64,000 bases of DNA, taken from an uncultured virus (IMG/VR IMGVR_UViG_3300025085_000013). Its lineage: Duplodnaviria > Heunggongvirae > Uroviricota > Caudoviricetes. The stretch spans positions 1 through 64,000 of the IMG/VR virus record IMGVR_UViG_3300025085_000013; one strand, given 5' to 3'. This document shows positions 1 to 9,848 of this stretch, piece after piece. Every line of letters begins with the position of its first letter. Within the stretch, counting starts at the first letter, position 1. A model generated the notes under the pieces. That model did not search any database. It saw only the letters and a list, made by a program, of their open reading frames with translations, and was not told the origin of the DNA. The translations under genes were made by a program, and so were the position numbers.

Positions 1-721
1 CTTCAGTACCTTGTAAACCTTGAGTTCCTTGTAAACCAGTGATACCTTGAATACCTTGTGTTCCTGTACCTTCAGTACCTTGTAAACCTTGAGTTCCTTG
101 TAAACCAGTGATACCTTGAATACCTTGTGTTCCTGTACCTTCAGTACCTTGTAAACCTTGAGTTCCTTGTAAACCAGTGATACCTTGAATACCTTGTGTT
201 CCTGTACCTTCAGTACCTTGTAAACCTTGAGTTCCTTGTAAACCAGTGATACCTTGAATACCTTGAGTTCCTGTACCCTGTGATCCAGTTATACCTTGAG
301 TACCTTGAGTTCCTTGTAAACCAGTGATACCTTGAATACCTTGAGTTCCTGTACCCTGTGATCCAGTAATACCTTGAGTACCTTGAGTTCCTTGTAAACC
401 AGTGATACCTTGAATACCTTGTGTTCCCGTACCTTCAGTACCTTGTAAACCTTGGGTTCCTTGAATACCAGTGATACCTTGAATACCTTGAATACCTTGT
501 GTACCTGAACCTTCAATACCTTGTGTACCTTGAGTTCCTTGAATACCAGTGATACCTTGAATACCTTGTATTCCTGTACCTTCAGTACCTTGTAAACCTT
601 GAGTTCCTTGTAAACCAGTGATACCTTGAATACCTTGAGTTCCTGTTCCTTGTGCTCCAGTAATACCTTGCGTTCCTTGTAAACCAGTTATACCTTGAGT
701 TCCTTGTGTACCTTGTGGACC
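1..721. repeat. Collagen-coding tandem repeats, including a perfect 69-bp unit
   Basis: cttcagtacc recurs at 1, 70, 139 and 208 (period 69). The unit encodes GT-GTQ-GIQ-GIT-GLQ-GTQ-GLQ-GTE. Confidence 0.95.
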
Positions 722-1504
722 ACTACCTGAAGTAATAGCTACTTCAATATTTTCATTACCAGCACCTGAACCTGTAACAGTTACACCAGTTCCTGTAAAA
801 TCTATTTTTTTAACATCAGTAGTTACGGATGTACCACTATCTTCTATTTCTATCGCAGAACCACCACCACCTCCAGATGTACCGATATATCTAAAACCAG
901 TTATATAGAAATTAAAACCATCCGGAAATAGAAATGCATAATTTGGATCAGCAATTAAAGTTTGTAAGTAATCAGATATAAAAAGTAATCCTTGATCATA
1001 ATTAAATACCCAACCTACATATTCAGGCTGAGACCCTTGGCCTAGTGTTGGATATACTTGCGCAAAACTACCTGGTGCACCCGCAGGATCACCACTCCAT
1101 AAGGTAATCTTATACCCATCTGAAGGTTGTCCTGACGCTTGTGGTCGAGATGCAGGCAAAATCCAATCTCTCCTAAAACCAGAAGTAGGATCATTATAAG
1201 TATTATAAGCTACAAATGTAGAATTATTTAAATTATATACTTGTGTTAATCTTATTGCATTACTTGGATTACTATCATCTTGAATAATAGTTGGGTTTGC
1301 TGCTGCCGCGCTTTGTGCAGCAGAAACTGTAGCAGCAGGAGGAATAGATTGATATTGTGTTAATATTCTTTCGGTTGCCTTAACATTAGGCTCGAATGCT
1401 AAAGTTGATTCATACCATCGTTTACCTGCAGATGCATCAATGACACCACCTGCCTGTACTTTAAAGGTTAGCTTATTAACTTCATTTATAGAAAATCCTG
1501 CCAT
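1..1504 (-). CDS. Collagen-like fibre protein, 3' truncated by the window edge (absent from the ORF track)
   Basis: ATG at 1504 (MAGFSINEVNKLTFKVQAGG). Checked by hand: no stop from 1504 to 661, and the G-X-Q/T repeats from about 721 stay in frame to position 1. Contains an IEDSGTSVTTDVKKIDFTGTGV fibre motif. Confidence 0.85.
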   Translation of the reverse strand, partial: MAGFSINEVNKLTFKVQAGGVIDASAGKRWYESTLAFEPNVKATERILTQYQSIPPAATVSAAQSAAAANPTIIQDDSNPSNAIRLTQVYNLNNSTFVAYNTYNDPTSGFRRDWILPASRPQASGQPSDGYKITLWSGDPAGAPGSFAQVYPTLGQGSQPEYVGWVFNYDQGLLFISDYLQTLIADPNYAFLFPDGFNFYITGFRYIGTSGGGGGSAIEIEDSGTSVTTDVKKIDFTGTGVTVTGSGAGNENIEVAITSGSGPQGTQGTQGITGLQGTQGITGAQGTGTQGIQGITGLQGTQGLQGTEGTGIQGIQGITGIQGTQGTQGIEGSGTQGIQGIQGITGIQGTQGLQGTEGTGTQGIQGITGLQGTQGTQGITGSQGTGTQGIQGITGLQGTQGTQGITGSQGTGTQGIQGITGLQGTQGLQGTEGTGTQGIQGITGLQGTQGLQGTEGTGTQGIQGITGLQGTQGLQGTEGTGTQGIQGITGLQGTQGLQGTE

Positions 1505-1522
1505 TTGATTAGTTTCTTTTTA

Positions 1523-1531
1523 TATTTATTC
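1523..1531 (-). promoter_or_regulatory. Putative late promoter GAATAAATA
   Basis: Recurrent motif 19 nt before the ATG at 1504. Confidence 0.55.
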
Positions 1532-1542
1532 AATTTTATATT

Positions 1543-3834
1543 TTACACAGATCCACCAGACTCTGATGTAGGTGACCCATTGCTAAATATTATTTTTGCT
1601 GATATACCACCTAGTTTAATTTCTTCATCAATTAAATGAACCTCAATATAAAAACCATCAATTGGTGCTGGTATCGAACCAAAGGAACAGTCTATAACAT
1701 TTGGGGTTGGTGTTGCTATTGTTGTTCTTATTTGAGCGCTGTTATCAGGAGCATCAACCGAAGTAGGTGGGTCTTGTGTAAGACCGAAAAATGGCTGGCC
1801 ATGGACAGAATATGGTATTGCATTATATCCAATATTACTGGTACTACCAGAAGTACCTAACGGCCTAACATATATTAACATCTTATTACTACTTAATGCA
1901 GTGAGTGCATCAGGGCTAGTCCCAAAATCTCCTGAAAAGGTTAATTCAAATGCACTAAATGGTCTATTACGGTTGTCGTCGCCTGGTGGGGGGTCTGATG
2001 ATACTTCAAATAATCTATGATAAGTAGAAGTTACTCCATAAGCTGCTGTATTATAATCAGGATTACCACCACCCCCTACTGGAGCAAAGCCAGTTAAATT
2101 AGATATTACTGTTGATGGTAGTGGAGAATTACCGTCATCCGCGTAAAATTTATCAGGCCTAACTAAAGTACCTCCTACAACAGCAGACTGGCAGAACGGG
2201 CCAGTTGATATAGTCGATGTTGTTTGGTTTGTTAAACCTGATGGGGCTAATACAGAAGAAGAAACTATTGGTTGATAAGAACCTAAACTTCTTGTTAATC
2301 GCTGTGCCTCATCATCAAATCTTTCAGTTAATTTATCACTTGTTACACCATAAGTATCTATTAATATCTCAGATGGATTAGAATTTACAAACCCTGAATC
2401 TAGCCAAGGGTCATATGCTTTTGATTTTATTGTAGCATCAGTATTTCTAAATCTCCAATTAGATGTAGTAATATCCCATTCATCGTAATCGATACTTATA
2501 TTACTTGCATCATAATCATTTGTCCAACCTGTTAAACTAAATCCACTAGGCCAACTTGTGTTATCCCATGCAGGTTCTTGTACAGGAGTTAAGCCATAAT
2601 CTGTACCTTCAACTAATAAATTATAATTAGAAGCACCACCTTGTCCTTGTGTGTTACTGTTAAGTTTATCAATAGAGTTAACATTTATTTCAAATCGTGA
2701 ATTAAGATCATAATATTCAACACCGCTTAAATATTTTGTAATTATAGATGGAAGTGAAGTAGATTCTATGATAGTAACACTACCATTGATCTGTGGTGTT
2801 GATGGATAAGCACCGTCATTATTAGCATCCCAGAAAACCTCCGGTTGAGTGTAAGAATATGAAGCACCACTATCAGTAGTTGAATCAGTAGTCATAGTAC
2901 ACTTAACATGAAACCTTCCACCGCTCCTACCGGCAAACGTAAAAATATCACCAATGTTTACTGTTATTTGAACATCTGCTTTTTTTCTATTAGCATCATT
3001 TTGAAAATTAGTTATATTAACAAGTATTCTATTTGAAGGTGAGTTATATGAACCTGCTGCAAATATAGTATTTGTAGTAAAATTTTCTAACTCAGTAACA
3101 CCATCAGCATCATATACAATAACATTTATATTAGCATTACCGATATTAGAATCACTAAAGCCTGTTACCTGACCGCTTGTCGTAAATGTAATTGGCACGG
3201 GTGTTGATGGATCTTTACTATTAAATGCAGGGTGATTAGTACCAGCCCAACCGCCAGTTTTAAATGGGGTACCGGTACCTTCATCCTGGGGATTGCTTAT
3301 TCTTATTGATGCACTTCTTGTAAAACCACCTTCTGAAACTGTTCCGTTTGTACTACCATCAGTTGTGTTAAAATGAGAAGCAAATGTTGGTACTGGTATA
3401 AAGACATTTACAGTACCTGGTGTACCACTATCTTGAGCTAATACATCAGCACCGACAAAGTTAATAGTTTTATATGTACCTATATCAGTACCTTCATCCT
3501 TAATATGTAAACCTGCAAATGTTAATTTATTATTTCCATCTACAATAAGGTTTGTTTGTGTATTATCTAAATTAATCGATATTTCTTCATCAGATCCAAC
3601 TGGTGTTAATTTAATACCTGAACCTGCAGTAACAGTATCACCTCCTCCGCCACCTAAGCTATTAATAGTTATAGTATCACCAGCAGCAGTACTGACTTTA
3701 ACTAATTGTATATCAGTTCCACCTACTAGTGTAGGGTTATATGATGCATCAATAAAATCATATAGCGTAGTCTGAGTGATTAAATCACCTGCTTCAAATA
3801 ATAGTTTTAATTGATCTTTTGCTAGTACTGGCAT
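1543..3834 (-). CDS. Virion structural / fibre-associated protein (763 aa)
   Basis: G/S/T/N-rich, beta-rich composition; IKDEGTDIGTYKTINFVGADV fibre motif; next to the collagen fibre gene. Confidence 0.6.
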   Translation of the reverse strand: MPVLAKDQLKLLFEAGDLITQTTLYDFIDASYNPTLVGGTDIQLVKVSTAAGDTITINSLGGGGGDTVTAGSGIKLTPVGSDEEISINLDNTQTNLIVDGNNKLTFAGLHIKDEGTDIGTYKTINFVGADVLAQDSGTPGTVNVFIPVPTFASHFNTTDGSTNGTVSEGGFTRSASIRISNPQDEGTGTPFKTGGWAGTNHPAFNSKDPSTPVPITFTTSGQVTGFSDSNIGNANINVIVYDADGVTELENFTTNTIFAAGSYNSPSNRILVNITNFQNDANRKKADVQITVNIGDIFTFAGRSGGRFHVKCTMTTDSTTDSGASYSYTQPEVFWDANNDGAYPSTPQINGSVTIIESTSLPSIITKYLSGVEYYDLNSRFEINVNSIDKLNSNTQGQGGASNYNLLVEGTDYGLTPVQEPAWDNTSWPSGFSLTGWTNDYDASNISIDYDEWDITTSNWRFRNTDATIKSKAYDPWLDSGFVNSNPSEILIDTYGVTSDKLTERFDDEAQRLTRSLGSYQPIVSSSVLAPSGLTNQTTSTISTGPFCQSAVVGGTLVRPDKFYADDGNSPLPSTVISNLTGFAPVGGGGNPDYNTAAYGVTSTYHRLFEVSSDPPPGDDNRNRPFSAFELTFSGDFGTSPDALTALSSNKMLIYVRPLGTSGSTSNIGYNAIPYSVHGQPFFGLTQDPPTSVDAPDNSAQIRTTIATPTPNVIDCSFGSIPAPIDGFYIEVHLIDEEIKLGGISAKIIFSNGSPTSESGGSV

Positions 3835-3844
3835 TATACATTAT

Positions 3845-4072
3845 TTATTTTACTTGAAGAAGATCCATAAACTTATCAAACGATAAAAGTAATACTTTCT
3901 TCTTTTTCTTCTTTTTTCCTTCAGGATCATCTCCACTACCAACCTTTTGTGTAGCAAAAGAATTTGCCGATCCAGGATCACCTGGAAGCTCAACAGCCCC
4001 CATACCCTGTACATCCATGTTAGGATTTAAGCCAACGGTTCCTGCTTCATTTTCATTTACGTCTTTAGACAT
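3845..4072 (-). CDS. Small hypothetical protein, possible internal head protein
   Basis: 75 aa; VNENE near the N-terminus; poly-K run followed by LLSFDKFM. Confidence 0.55.
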   Translation of the reverse strand: MSKDVNENEAGTVGLNPNMDVQGMGAVELPGDPGSANSFATQKVGSGDDPEGKKKKKKKVLLLSFDKFMDLLQVK

Positions 4073-5190
4073 TATTTAATATTCTTTTTTAAATAAGTTG
4101 TACAAAAGTTTAATAATTCTTTTCTTGCTGGAGCAATATCACTCTTTTCTGTTGCAGGTCCACTTTTCCATTCTATCCAACCTTCTACTATTTGTTCTAA
4201 GCCTTCTTCCATTCCAGGCATAAGCTCAATATACTCTTCATTGATCTTTGATTCTTCAACAGTAAAGTTATTCAGTGATTTTAAATTTTTCATGTTGTTA
4301 TTTTTAATTTCTTTTATTGGTTCTAATATATTTTGTAATGGCTTATAAAAACTATGTATACTTTTAGGAGTCATTTTCTTAAAAGTCTTTTCATCATCTA
4401 TCTTTAACGCATTACGAACTTTAGATGCTGAAATGTTATCATCAGTTCTAAAAATCTCAAAACCCTTAAAATCAGGATCTACTCCTAATTGATCTCGGTA
4501 TGATTGTTTGTCAATCATTGCACCGTATGATTTTTTTCTATCCGTCCCATATCCCCACATCACAGGTTCATAAGCAGGTCTTGCTGCTGCAAACATTGTA
4601 TCAATTGCACCATTAGGAACTACAATAGCAGTTTCTAAAAATGGATATTGTTTTGCCATCTTAGCAAACATTGCTTGTTGCATTTCTTCATCAAACGGCC
4701 TTTTCTCAGGATCGTTGTTTTTTCCTCTAACTAAAAATACAACTACAGGCTTTCCATTTTCTTTATACATTTTTTCAAATACTTTAACATGACCTAATGT
4801 AAAAGGTTGGAATCTACCAACAAACATATTAACCTTTTTCTTACCTTGTTCTTTATGAGGAACTTTTAAAGCTTCATTAATTGGAGCGGTTGCAGTTCTT
4901 ACTCTATGACCATAAGGAGATAATGAATATCTCTTAATCCCAGTTTCATCTTCACTAATATTAAATAATCCTACATTTCTTTTAAGCCATCTTTTGTGAG
5001 CCTTTATTTCAGATAAGATATTATTAACCTCCTCTTCAGTTAAATGACCATCAGCAACAGCATCTAAAATAGCAGAACGAACTCTAGCAGCAGTAGATAC
5101 ATTTTTAGCTGGGTGAGCCTCAGTGTACCTTCTCTTAACAGTTACTCTCCTTTCATTTAAGAAATCATTTAAATCATTTATGTTATCCAT
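4072..5190 (-). CDS. HIGH-motif nucleotidyltransferase (cytidylyltransferase/NMNAT-like) with N- and C-terminal extensions
   Basis: FVGRFQPFTLGH ((H/T)xGH), GTDR and ISASKVR motifs of the cytidylyltransferase-like superfamily. Confidence 0.85.
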   Translation of the reverse strand: MDNINDLNDFLNERRVTVKRRYTEAHPAKNVSTAARVRSAILDAVADGHLTEEEVNNILSEIKAHKRWLKRNVGLFNISEDETGIKRYSLSPYGHRVRTATAPINEALKVPHKEQGKKKVNMFVGRFQPFTLGHVKVFEKMYKENGKPVVVFLVRGKNNDPEKRPFDEEMQQAMFAKMAKQYPFLETAIVVPNGAIDTMFAAARPAYEPVMWGYGTDRKKSYGAMIDKQSYRDQLGVDPDFKGFEIFRTDDNISASKVRNALKIDDEKTFKKMTPKSIHSFYKPLQNILEPIKEIKNNNMKNLKSLNNFTVEESKINEEYIELMPGMEEGLEQIVEGWIEWKSGPATEKSDIAPARKELLNFCTTYLKKNIK

Positions 5191-5201
5191 ACCTTATATA
5201 T

Positions 5202-8012
5202 TTACTTTACCATTTTGATTCCCATCATAGATGAAAAAGGATTCCACACCATACCTTTTTGTTGAAACTTAAAGTTAGCACTACTAAACTTTTTAGTTTT
5301 AAATATGAAAGCACCTGCTTTAACTTTAGTATCTAAATATACCTGTTTAACATCAGTTACTTTTTGTGTAAGCTGAGTTAGTACATCAGAATATTTTTCA
5401 TTTAATGCATTTGCAGTTTCTACCATAATAGGATAGAAAATCATCCCTACTCTGTTAGAATCATTTTTTTCCATTCTCTCCTCATATTCTTTTGCATATT
5501 TGGTCGAATCAATTTTACCTCTCCATGCTCCAGTTTTTTCTGATAGTGTTTTTATAAATGATTTAAATTTATTTTGATCTTCTTTAAATAATTCATCTAA
5601 AAATTTAATTAAGGCTTCTCTTGTTACAGATTTTTGATTTAGGTTAGCTTGCTGTAAAACATATGAATAGCCTGATCCTTGGTTAGGTCCTAGTACATCA
5701 GCAGCTAAATTCATCACTTTATTATATGTTGTTGAATTTCTATTTAATTCATATGGGTTTAGCCATACCTTAACTACATCTTCATAAAATGTTGTTTGAT
5801 CTACATCTAACATAAGGCCATCATTTCTTTTAGCATTATCAATCATTTTCATTATTGAAGATCCACTCGGTGTACCTCCGCCTCCTGCCTTAGAAGAAAC
5901 TTTATATTGATCAAATTCAAAATCAACTAATGCTTCATTTGAATTCTTAGGATATGCTAATCCTTCTCCCGTATCTTTAATTATATTAAACATCATTAAT
6001 GCCCCTAACACTTCACCAAAGTCATTAGAAAAATTAGCTACAGAAACTTGATCTATTCCATCAAAGAAAGAAGCACCAACTTTATATACTATAGGAGTTC
6101 CACTAGAAGCATAGACTTCAAAATCTGAAAAGGTGCCAACTTTATTTTTTAATACTACTTGCATAGAATCTTTAATGAATTGTTTATAATTGTCAGGGTA
6201 AGATGTGTTATCTATAAACTGATTTACTTTAGTAACAACCGCTACTCCTGTTTTATAGGTAGTACTTGCAAGATCCATTGCATCAGGAGTTAAATCTTTT
6301 CCTTTTATTACTGCTGCTTCGCCTGTCTTTGCACTTACTTTATAACGATTGGTTAGAAAAATAGTATCTCCTCTTTTAAAGTCTTGTCCTAATATTTGTT
6401 TATTAGCCTTTAATGTTATTTTATAAGTATGAAATTGACCAGAAAAGGTTTTGGCAACATCTTTATGGTAATGCCCGCTAGGAAAGCCCTCTATCTTATA
6501 TGCGGATGTAGGGACTTTTAAAGCTTTTAAATATTTCTGAATGTTTTCTTCGGCAGTACCATCATTTGCTCCAAAATTAGCTCTTACATATTCTGGGCTA
6601 TATTTAGGACCTGCAGAATCTCTTCTTGTTTGTGGGAAAGTTTTTTCATAATGCTTTAACCAATTAGCCTGTCTTTCTTTTACGTTAGGCTGTTTCTTTG
6701 CTTCATTTAAAACATCAACCTTTGCTAGGTTAATAAAATTATTATAATCCAATACTTTATCTTCAATTAATAATTCTTCAGCATTAGGTAAAAGAGATTC
6801 ATTAGTTGATTTAATTTTTAAGTAATCATCAAAAGTTTTAAATTTGCCATCATCCTTTGTTTGAATTACATCGGTTACTTTATTTACCATTTTATTAAAA
6901 TCTTCAATAACTGATGGTGTCATAATATTACCGGCATTCTTTCTTTTCTTTTTTAAAGAGCCTAACATTATTTTAAATAAGTCTTTTAGCTTAGGATTAC
7001 TATTAAGGATATCTTTAGTTCTTTGGCTTGGTATTAATTCTACATTTAAATCAAATTCTTTACCTTTAGCAAACTCAGCTTTTTCAATATCAATCTTTGC
7101 AATATCTTTTCCTCTTTTGGTTACATAGTCATTAAATATGTTTGAAACTAATTCTATGTATCTCATATCTTCACTATCCCCTAAAATCTCATGCTTCTTA
7201 ATTCCTCTTTCTTCTATAAATGCTAAAAGATCCAACAAAATAATTTCATTAATATCAGCAGGAGTCTTCCTCATATCTATAGGCTCCTTTTCTTTCATTA
7301 AATTAATTGTATAAGGATCTATTAACTTAGCAGCAATAACTTGTTTAGTACCAGATTTATAAAATTTAAATACAATAGATTCTATAGGCTTCTTAAGATC
7401 ATTTTGTAAAGTAGTTGATTGAATATTAGGATTTAGAATTCTAAGTAAATATTCAGCAAATGAATTAGTACTAAAAATCTCAGCATGATCTTCTTTTGGT
7501 GTTTCTAAAAATTCTTTAATCTTTTTCTTTTGATCTTCTGTTAAGTAACCTTTAAATAATGGAAGTAATGGAGTAACACCTAATGCGTTTGCCCAGTCTC
7601 TAATTACTCTAGGATCTTCTATAACCTTTGTAACTTTGCCAGCTGGTGTCATTACTTTAATATGAGTAAGTACTAAATTGTTTTTAGGTAGCTTATCATA
7701 AGTAATAATACCAGGATTAGTATTTACAAAATATTGAAAACAGAACTTCCAATTTTCAGGAATAGAAGAAAGATTTTTGTTAGTTACAGATTTTATAAAA
7801 TTAATAGGCTTTTCATAATAAACCATTATAGTCCTATCAATTAAGTTAATAGGCTTTTGATTTCCACCTTTATAAAAAGTAATTCCTTCACCGCCTTTTT
7901 TAAATGAAAATGAAGAACCTGATAGTTTTTCTGAAACTACAAGATAATCCTTAAAAAGATCTTCTATTAATTGTTGCCCTGCATCTTTATAAATCTGAGT
8001 TAACTCTTTCAT
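5202..8012 (-). CDS. 936-aa multidomain protein: divergent ligase-like nucleotidyltransferase domain plus a putative PD-(D/E)xK-like nuclease domain
   Basis: N-terminal SEKLSGSS, PIESIVF and AAKLID parallel ligase motifs I, IV and V. C-terminal DFGEVLG...YPKNSNEALVD...VSSK resembles a restriction-endonuclease fold. Confidence 0.5.
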   Translation of the reverse strand: MKELTQIYKDAGQQLIEDLFKDYLVVSEKLSGSSFSFKKGGEGITFYKGGNQKPINLIDRTIMVYYEKPINFIKSVTNKNLSSIPENWKFCFQYFVNTNPGIITYDKLPKNNLVLTHIKVMTPAGKVTKVIEDPRVIRDWANALGVTPLLPLFKGYLTEDQKKKIKEFLETPKEDHAEIFSTNSFAEYLLRILNPNIQSTTLQNDLKKPIESIVFKFYKSGTKQVIAAKLIDPYTINLMKEKEPIDMRKTPADINEIILLDLLAFIEERGIKKHEILGDSEDMRYIELVSNIFNDYVTKRGKDIAKIDIEKAEFAKGKEFDLNVELIPSQRTKDILNSNPKLKDLFKIMLGSLKKKRKNAGNIMTPSVIEDFNKMVNKVTDVIQTKDDGKFKTFDDYLKIKSTNESLLPNAEELLIEDKVLDYNNFINLAKVDVLNEAKKQPNVKERQANWLKHYEKTFPQTRRDSAGPKYSPEYVRANFGANDGTAEENIQKYLKALKVPTSAYKIEGFPSGHYHKDVAKTFSGQFHTYKITLKANKQILGQDFKRGDTIFLTNRYKVSAKTGEAAVIKGKDLTPDAMDLASTTYKTGVAVVTKVNQFIDNTSYPDNYKQFIKDSMQVVLKNKVGTFSDFEVYASSGTPIVYKVGASFFDGIDQVSVANFSNDFGEVLGALMMFNIIKDTGEGLAYPKNSNEALVDFEFDQYKVSSKAGGGGTPSGSSIMKMIDNAKRNDGLMLDVDQTTFYEDVVKVWLNPYELNRNSTTYNKVMNLAADVLGPNQGSGYSYVLQQANLNQKSVTREALIKFLDELFKEDQNKFKSFIKTLSEKTGAWRGKIDSTKYAKEYEERMEKNDSNRVGMIFYPIMVETANALNEKYSDVLTQLTQKVTDVKQVYLDTKVKAGAFIFKTKKFSSANFKFQQKGMVWNPFSSMMGIKMVK

Positions 8013-8035
8013 TTGCTTATTTTATATTGTCAATT

Positions 8036-8044
8036 TATATATTC
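8036..8044 (-). promoter_or_regulatory. Putative late promoter GAATATATA
   Basis: 24 nt before the ATG at 8012. Confidence 0.55.
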
Positions 8045-8063
8045 TTTAGTTTAATAGCTATAT

Positions 8064-8093
8064 AAAAAAAGGATAGCATAATACCTACCCCTT
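8064..8093 (-). terminator. Putative intrinsic terminator
   Basis: Minus-strand GGGTAG...CTATCC stem followed by T7. Confidence 0.55.
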
Positions 8094-8180
8094 ATCTTAC
8101 TCTATTATCTTCAGAGTATATACAAATATCACAAATGCTAACTCTTAATACAGGTGATCTATATAGGCCTATATACTATT

Positions 8181-9452
8181 TTATCTACCGAACTTAATGA
8201 TACCTAATAGTTGATTAATTGCAGCAAAGGTTCCAGTTAGTTTGTAAATTTTTCCTTTATATTTAAATACTATACCTTCAGTTGGAAATATAGATTCTAT
8301 TCCACCAATTCTATCGAGCCTTGCTAACTCAGCCTCTACCTTTCTTACTTGGTCAGCGCCACCAGTCTTTTTAATCTTACTCCCTGCTGTTTGTATTTGT
8401 GTTCTTAATCTTTGGGCTTCATCAGATGGATTAGCAGCTAAAAAGTCAGACGCATTTTTTAAAATCACTGAACCTAGTTCCAAGAACAGATCTTCAAAAG
8501 GTCTAATGTTTTCTTTATATTTTTTAGCAACATCTTCTTTATCAAACTTTTTAACTAACGCAGCTTCTTTAGGTCCAGTTTGTTTGGCGAGAGATCTCAT
8601 GTTTAAGCTCTTCTTATCTCCGTATGCCCATCGCTTAAGTAAACCTTCTTTTACATCTTGTGATAGTGAAGGAAATTGTTTATTAATTAATTCTCTCCAC
8701 CACATTTCATGATATTTAGAAACCTCATCACTATCAGTTAAACCATATCTTTTTTCTAAAGCATTAACTTGATTAATAAATCTTTTCTTATTTGCAGTAA
8801 AATCTAAATCTTTTTGTAATTTAATAGCCTTAGGTGGAATTATTTTAAATGTTTTACCAATATCAGATTCAACCTTTTTAAGTATATCTGCGATTTCTTT
8901 TGCAGGTTTATTATTAGTACCTGTAATATTACCATTTCCATCCGTTTCTTTTATACCATGAAATTGAATAACATCTGTATCATAATGAATAACATTAGGG
9001 TTTTGTGAATAGATTAACTCCATGTTCATAAAGTCTTTTCCATTCTTAAAATATTTTTCCTGGTCAGCTGGAGAAAGGTTCATTAATAATCTAGCCAAAT
9101 CTTGTGCAGCAAATTGAAAAGTATCTTGTACTAATTTACTAGGATGACCTTCAAATTTATTCTTAAATTCAGAAAGAGTCATTGGATTCTTTAACTCTGT
9201 TTTGTTTCTTGCAAATTTAACTTCGCCATCTTGAATAGTAGCAAATGCATTTTGACCATCAGTCTTTTCGGTAGCCTCTTCTTCAAAGTTTAATTCACCT
9301 CTAAGACCAGCATCTATCATTGCCTTAAAATCACCAAAGGTTAAATCCTTATCATCAAATGGATGAGCCATGTGACCAGCGGCGCCACCTTCAAAAAGAA
9401 ATGGCTGACCTTTGTCAGTCAGCCATTCCTCGAATAATTTTATATGTTTCAT
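8181..9452 (-). CDS. RNA-ligase-like covalent nucleotidyltransferase (DUF6267-like)
   Basis: Motif I TEKTDGQN, III NMELIY, IIIa QFHGI, IV TEGIVF, V YKLTG; N-terminal GGAAGHMAHP. Confidence 0.7.
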   Translation of the reverse strand: MKHIKLFEEWLTDKGQPFLFEGGAAGHMAHPFDDKDLTFGDFKAMIDAGLRGELNFEEEATEKTDGQNAFATIQDGEVKFARNKTELKNPMTLSEFKNKFEGHPSKLVQDTFQFAAQDLARLLMNLSPADQEKYFKNGKDFMNMELIYSQNPNVIHYDTDVIQFHGIKETDGNGNITGTNNKPAKEIADILKKVESDIGKTFKIIPPKAIKLQKDLDFTANKKRFINQVNALEKRYGLTDSDEVSKYHEMWWRELINKQFPSLSQDVKEGLLKRWAYGDKKSLNMRSLAKQTGPKEAALVKKFDKEDVAKKYKENIRPFEDLFLELGSVILKNASDFLAANPSDEAQRLRTQIQTAGSKIKKTGGADQVRKVEAELARLDRIGGIESIFPTEGIVFKYKGKIYKLTGTFAAINQLLGIIKFGR

Positions 9453-9454
9453 GG

Positions 9455-9841
9455 TTATTTTTTAAGTTTAGCCAATTTCTCTTTAGCCATTTCAATATCA
9501 GCAAGCAAGCCACCTTCTTCTTCTTCCAATTCTTGAATTCTATAATCATCAGGATCTTCATCTTCAATCTCAGCTATATCCATTCTAATCATTTCTATGC
9601 GATCATCCATTTCCTTGATCTCATCCTCCAACTTTTTAATTTCTTCGGAATTATCATCAGATCCACCTTTTAGTTGATCTTCCTTTGCCTTTACCTTTTT
9701 ATATAAAGGATTGTCAGGATCTCCTAATATTGTCTTTACGGTAACTTCTCTACCACTTTTAGGATTCTTGATCTTACTATTATAAAATTTATCTAAATCG
9801 GATTCTAATAGAAATTGTTCAAATAATTTAATATGTTTCAT
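9455..9841 (-). CDS. Acidic coiled-coil protein, putative internal head protein
   Basis: MKHIKLFEQFLLE leader; KIKNPKSGREVTVKT motif. Confidence 0.6.
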   Translation of the reverse strand: MKHIKLFEQFLLESDLDKFYNSKIKNPKSGREVTVKTILGDPDNPLYKKVKAKEDQLKGGSDDNSEEIKKLEDEIKEMDDRIEMIRMDIAEIEDEDPDDYRIQELEEEEGGLLADIEMAKEKLAKLKK

Positions 9842-9848
9842 GTTTTAA

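Noticed and set aside
289..516. 75-aa minus-strand ORF of VFKV/KELKV repeats
   Set aside because: Alternative-frame shadow of the collagen repeat; the real frame starts at 1504.
1..721. Regular repeats as a possible CRISPR array
   Set aside because: No unique spacers; in-frame coding repeats; no cas genes.
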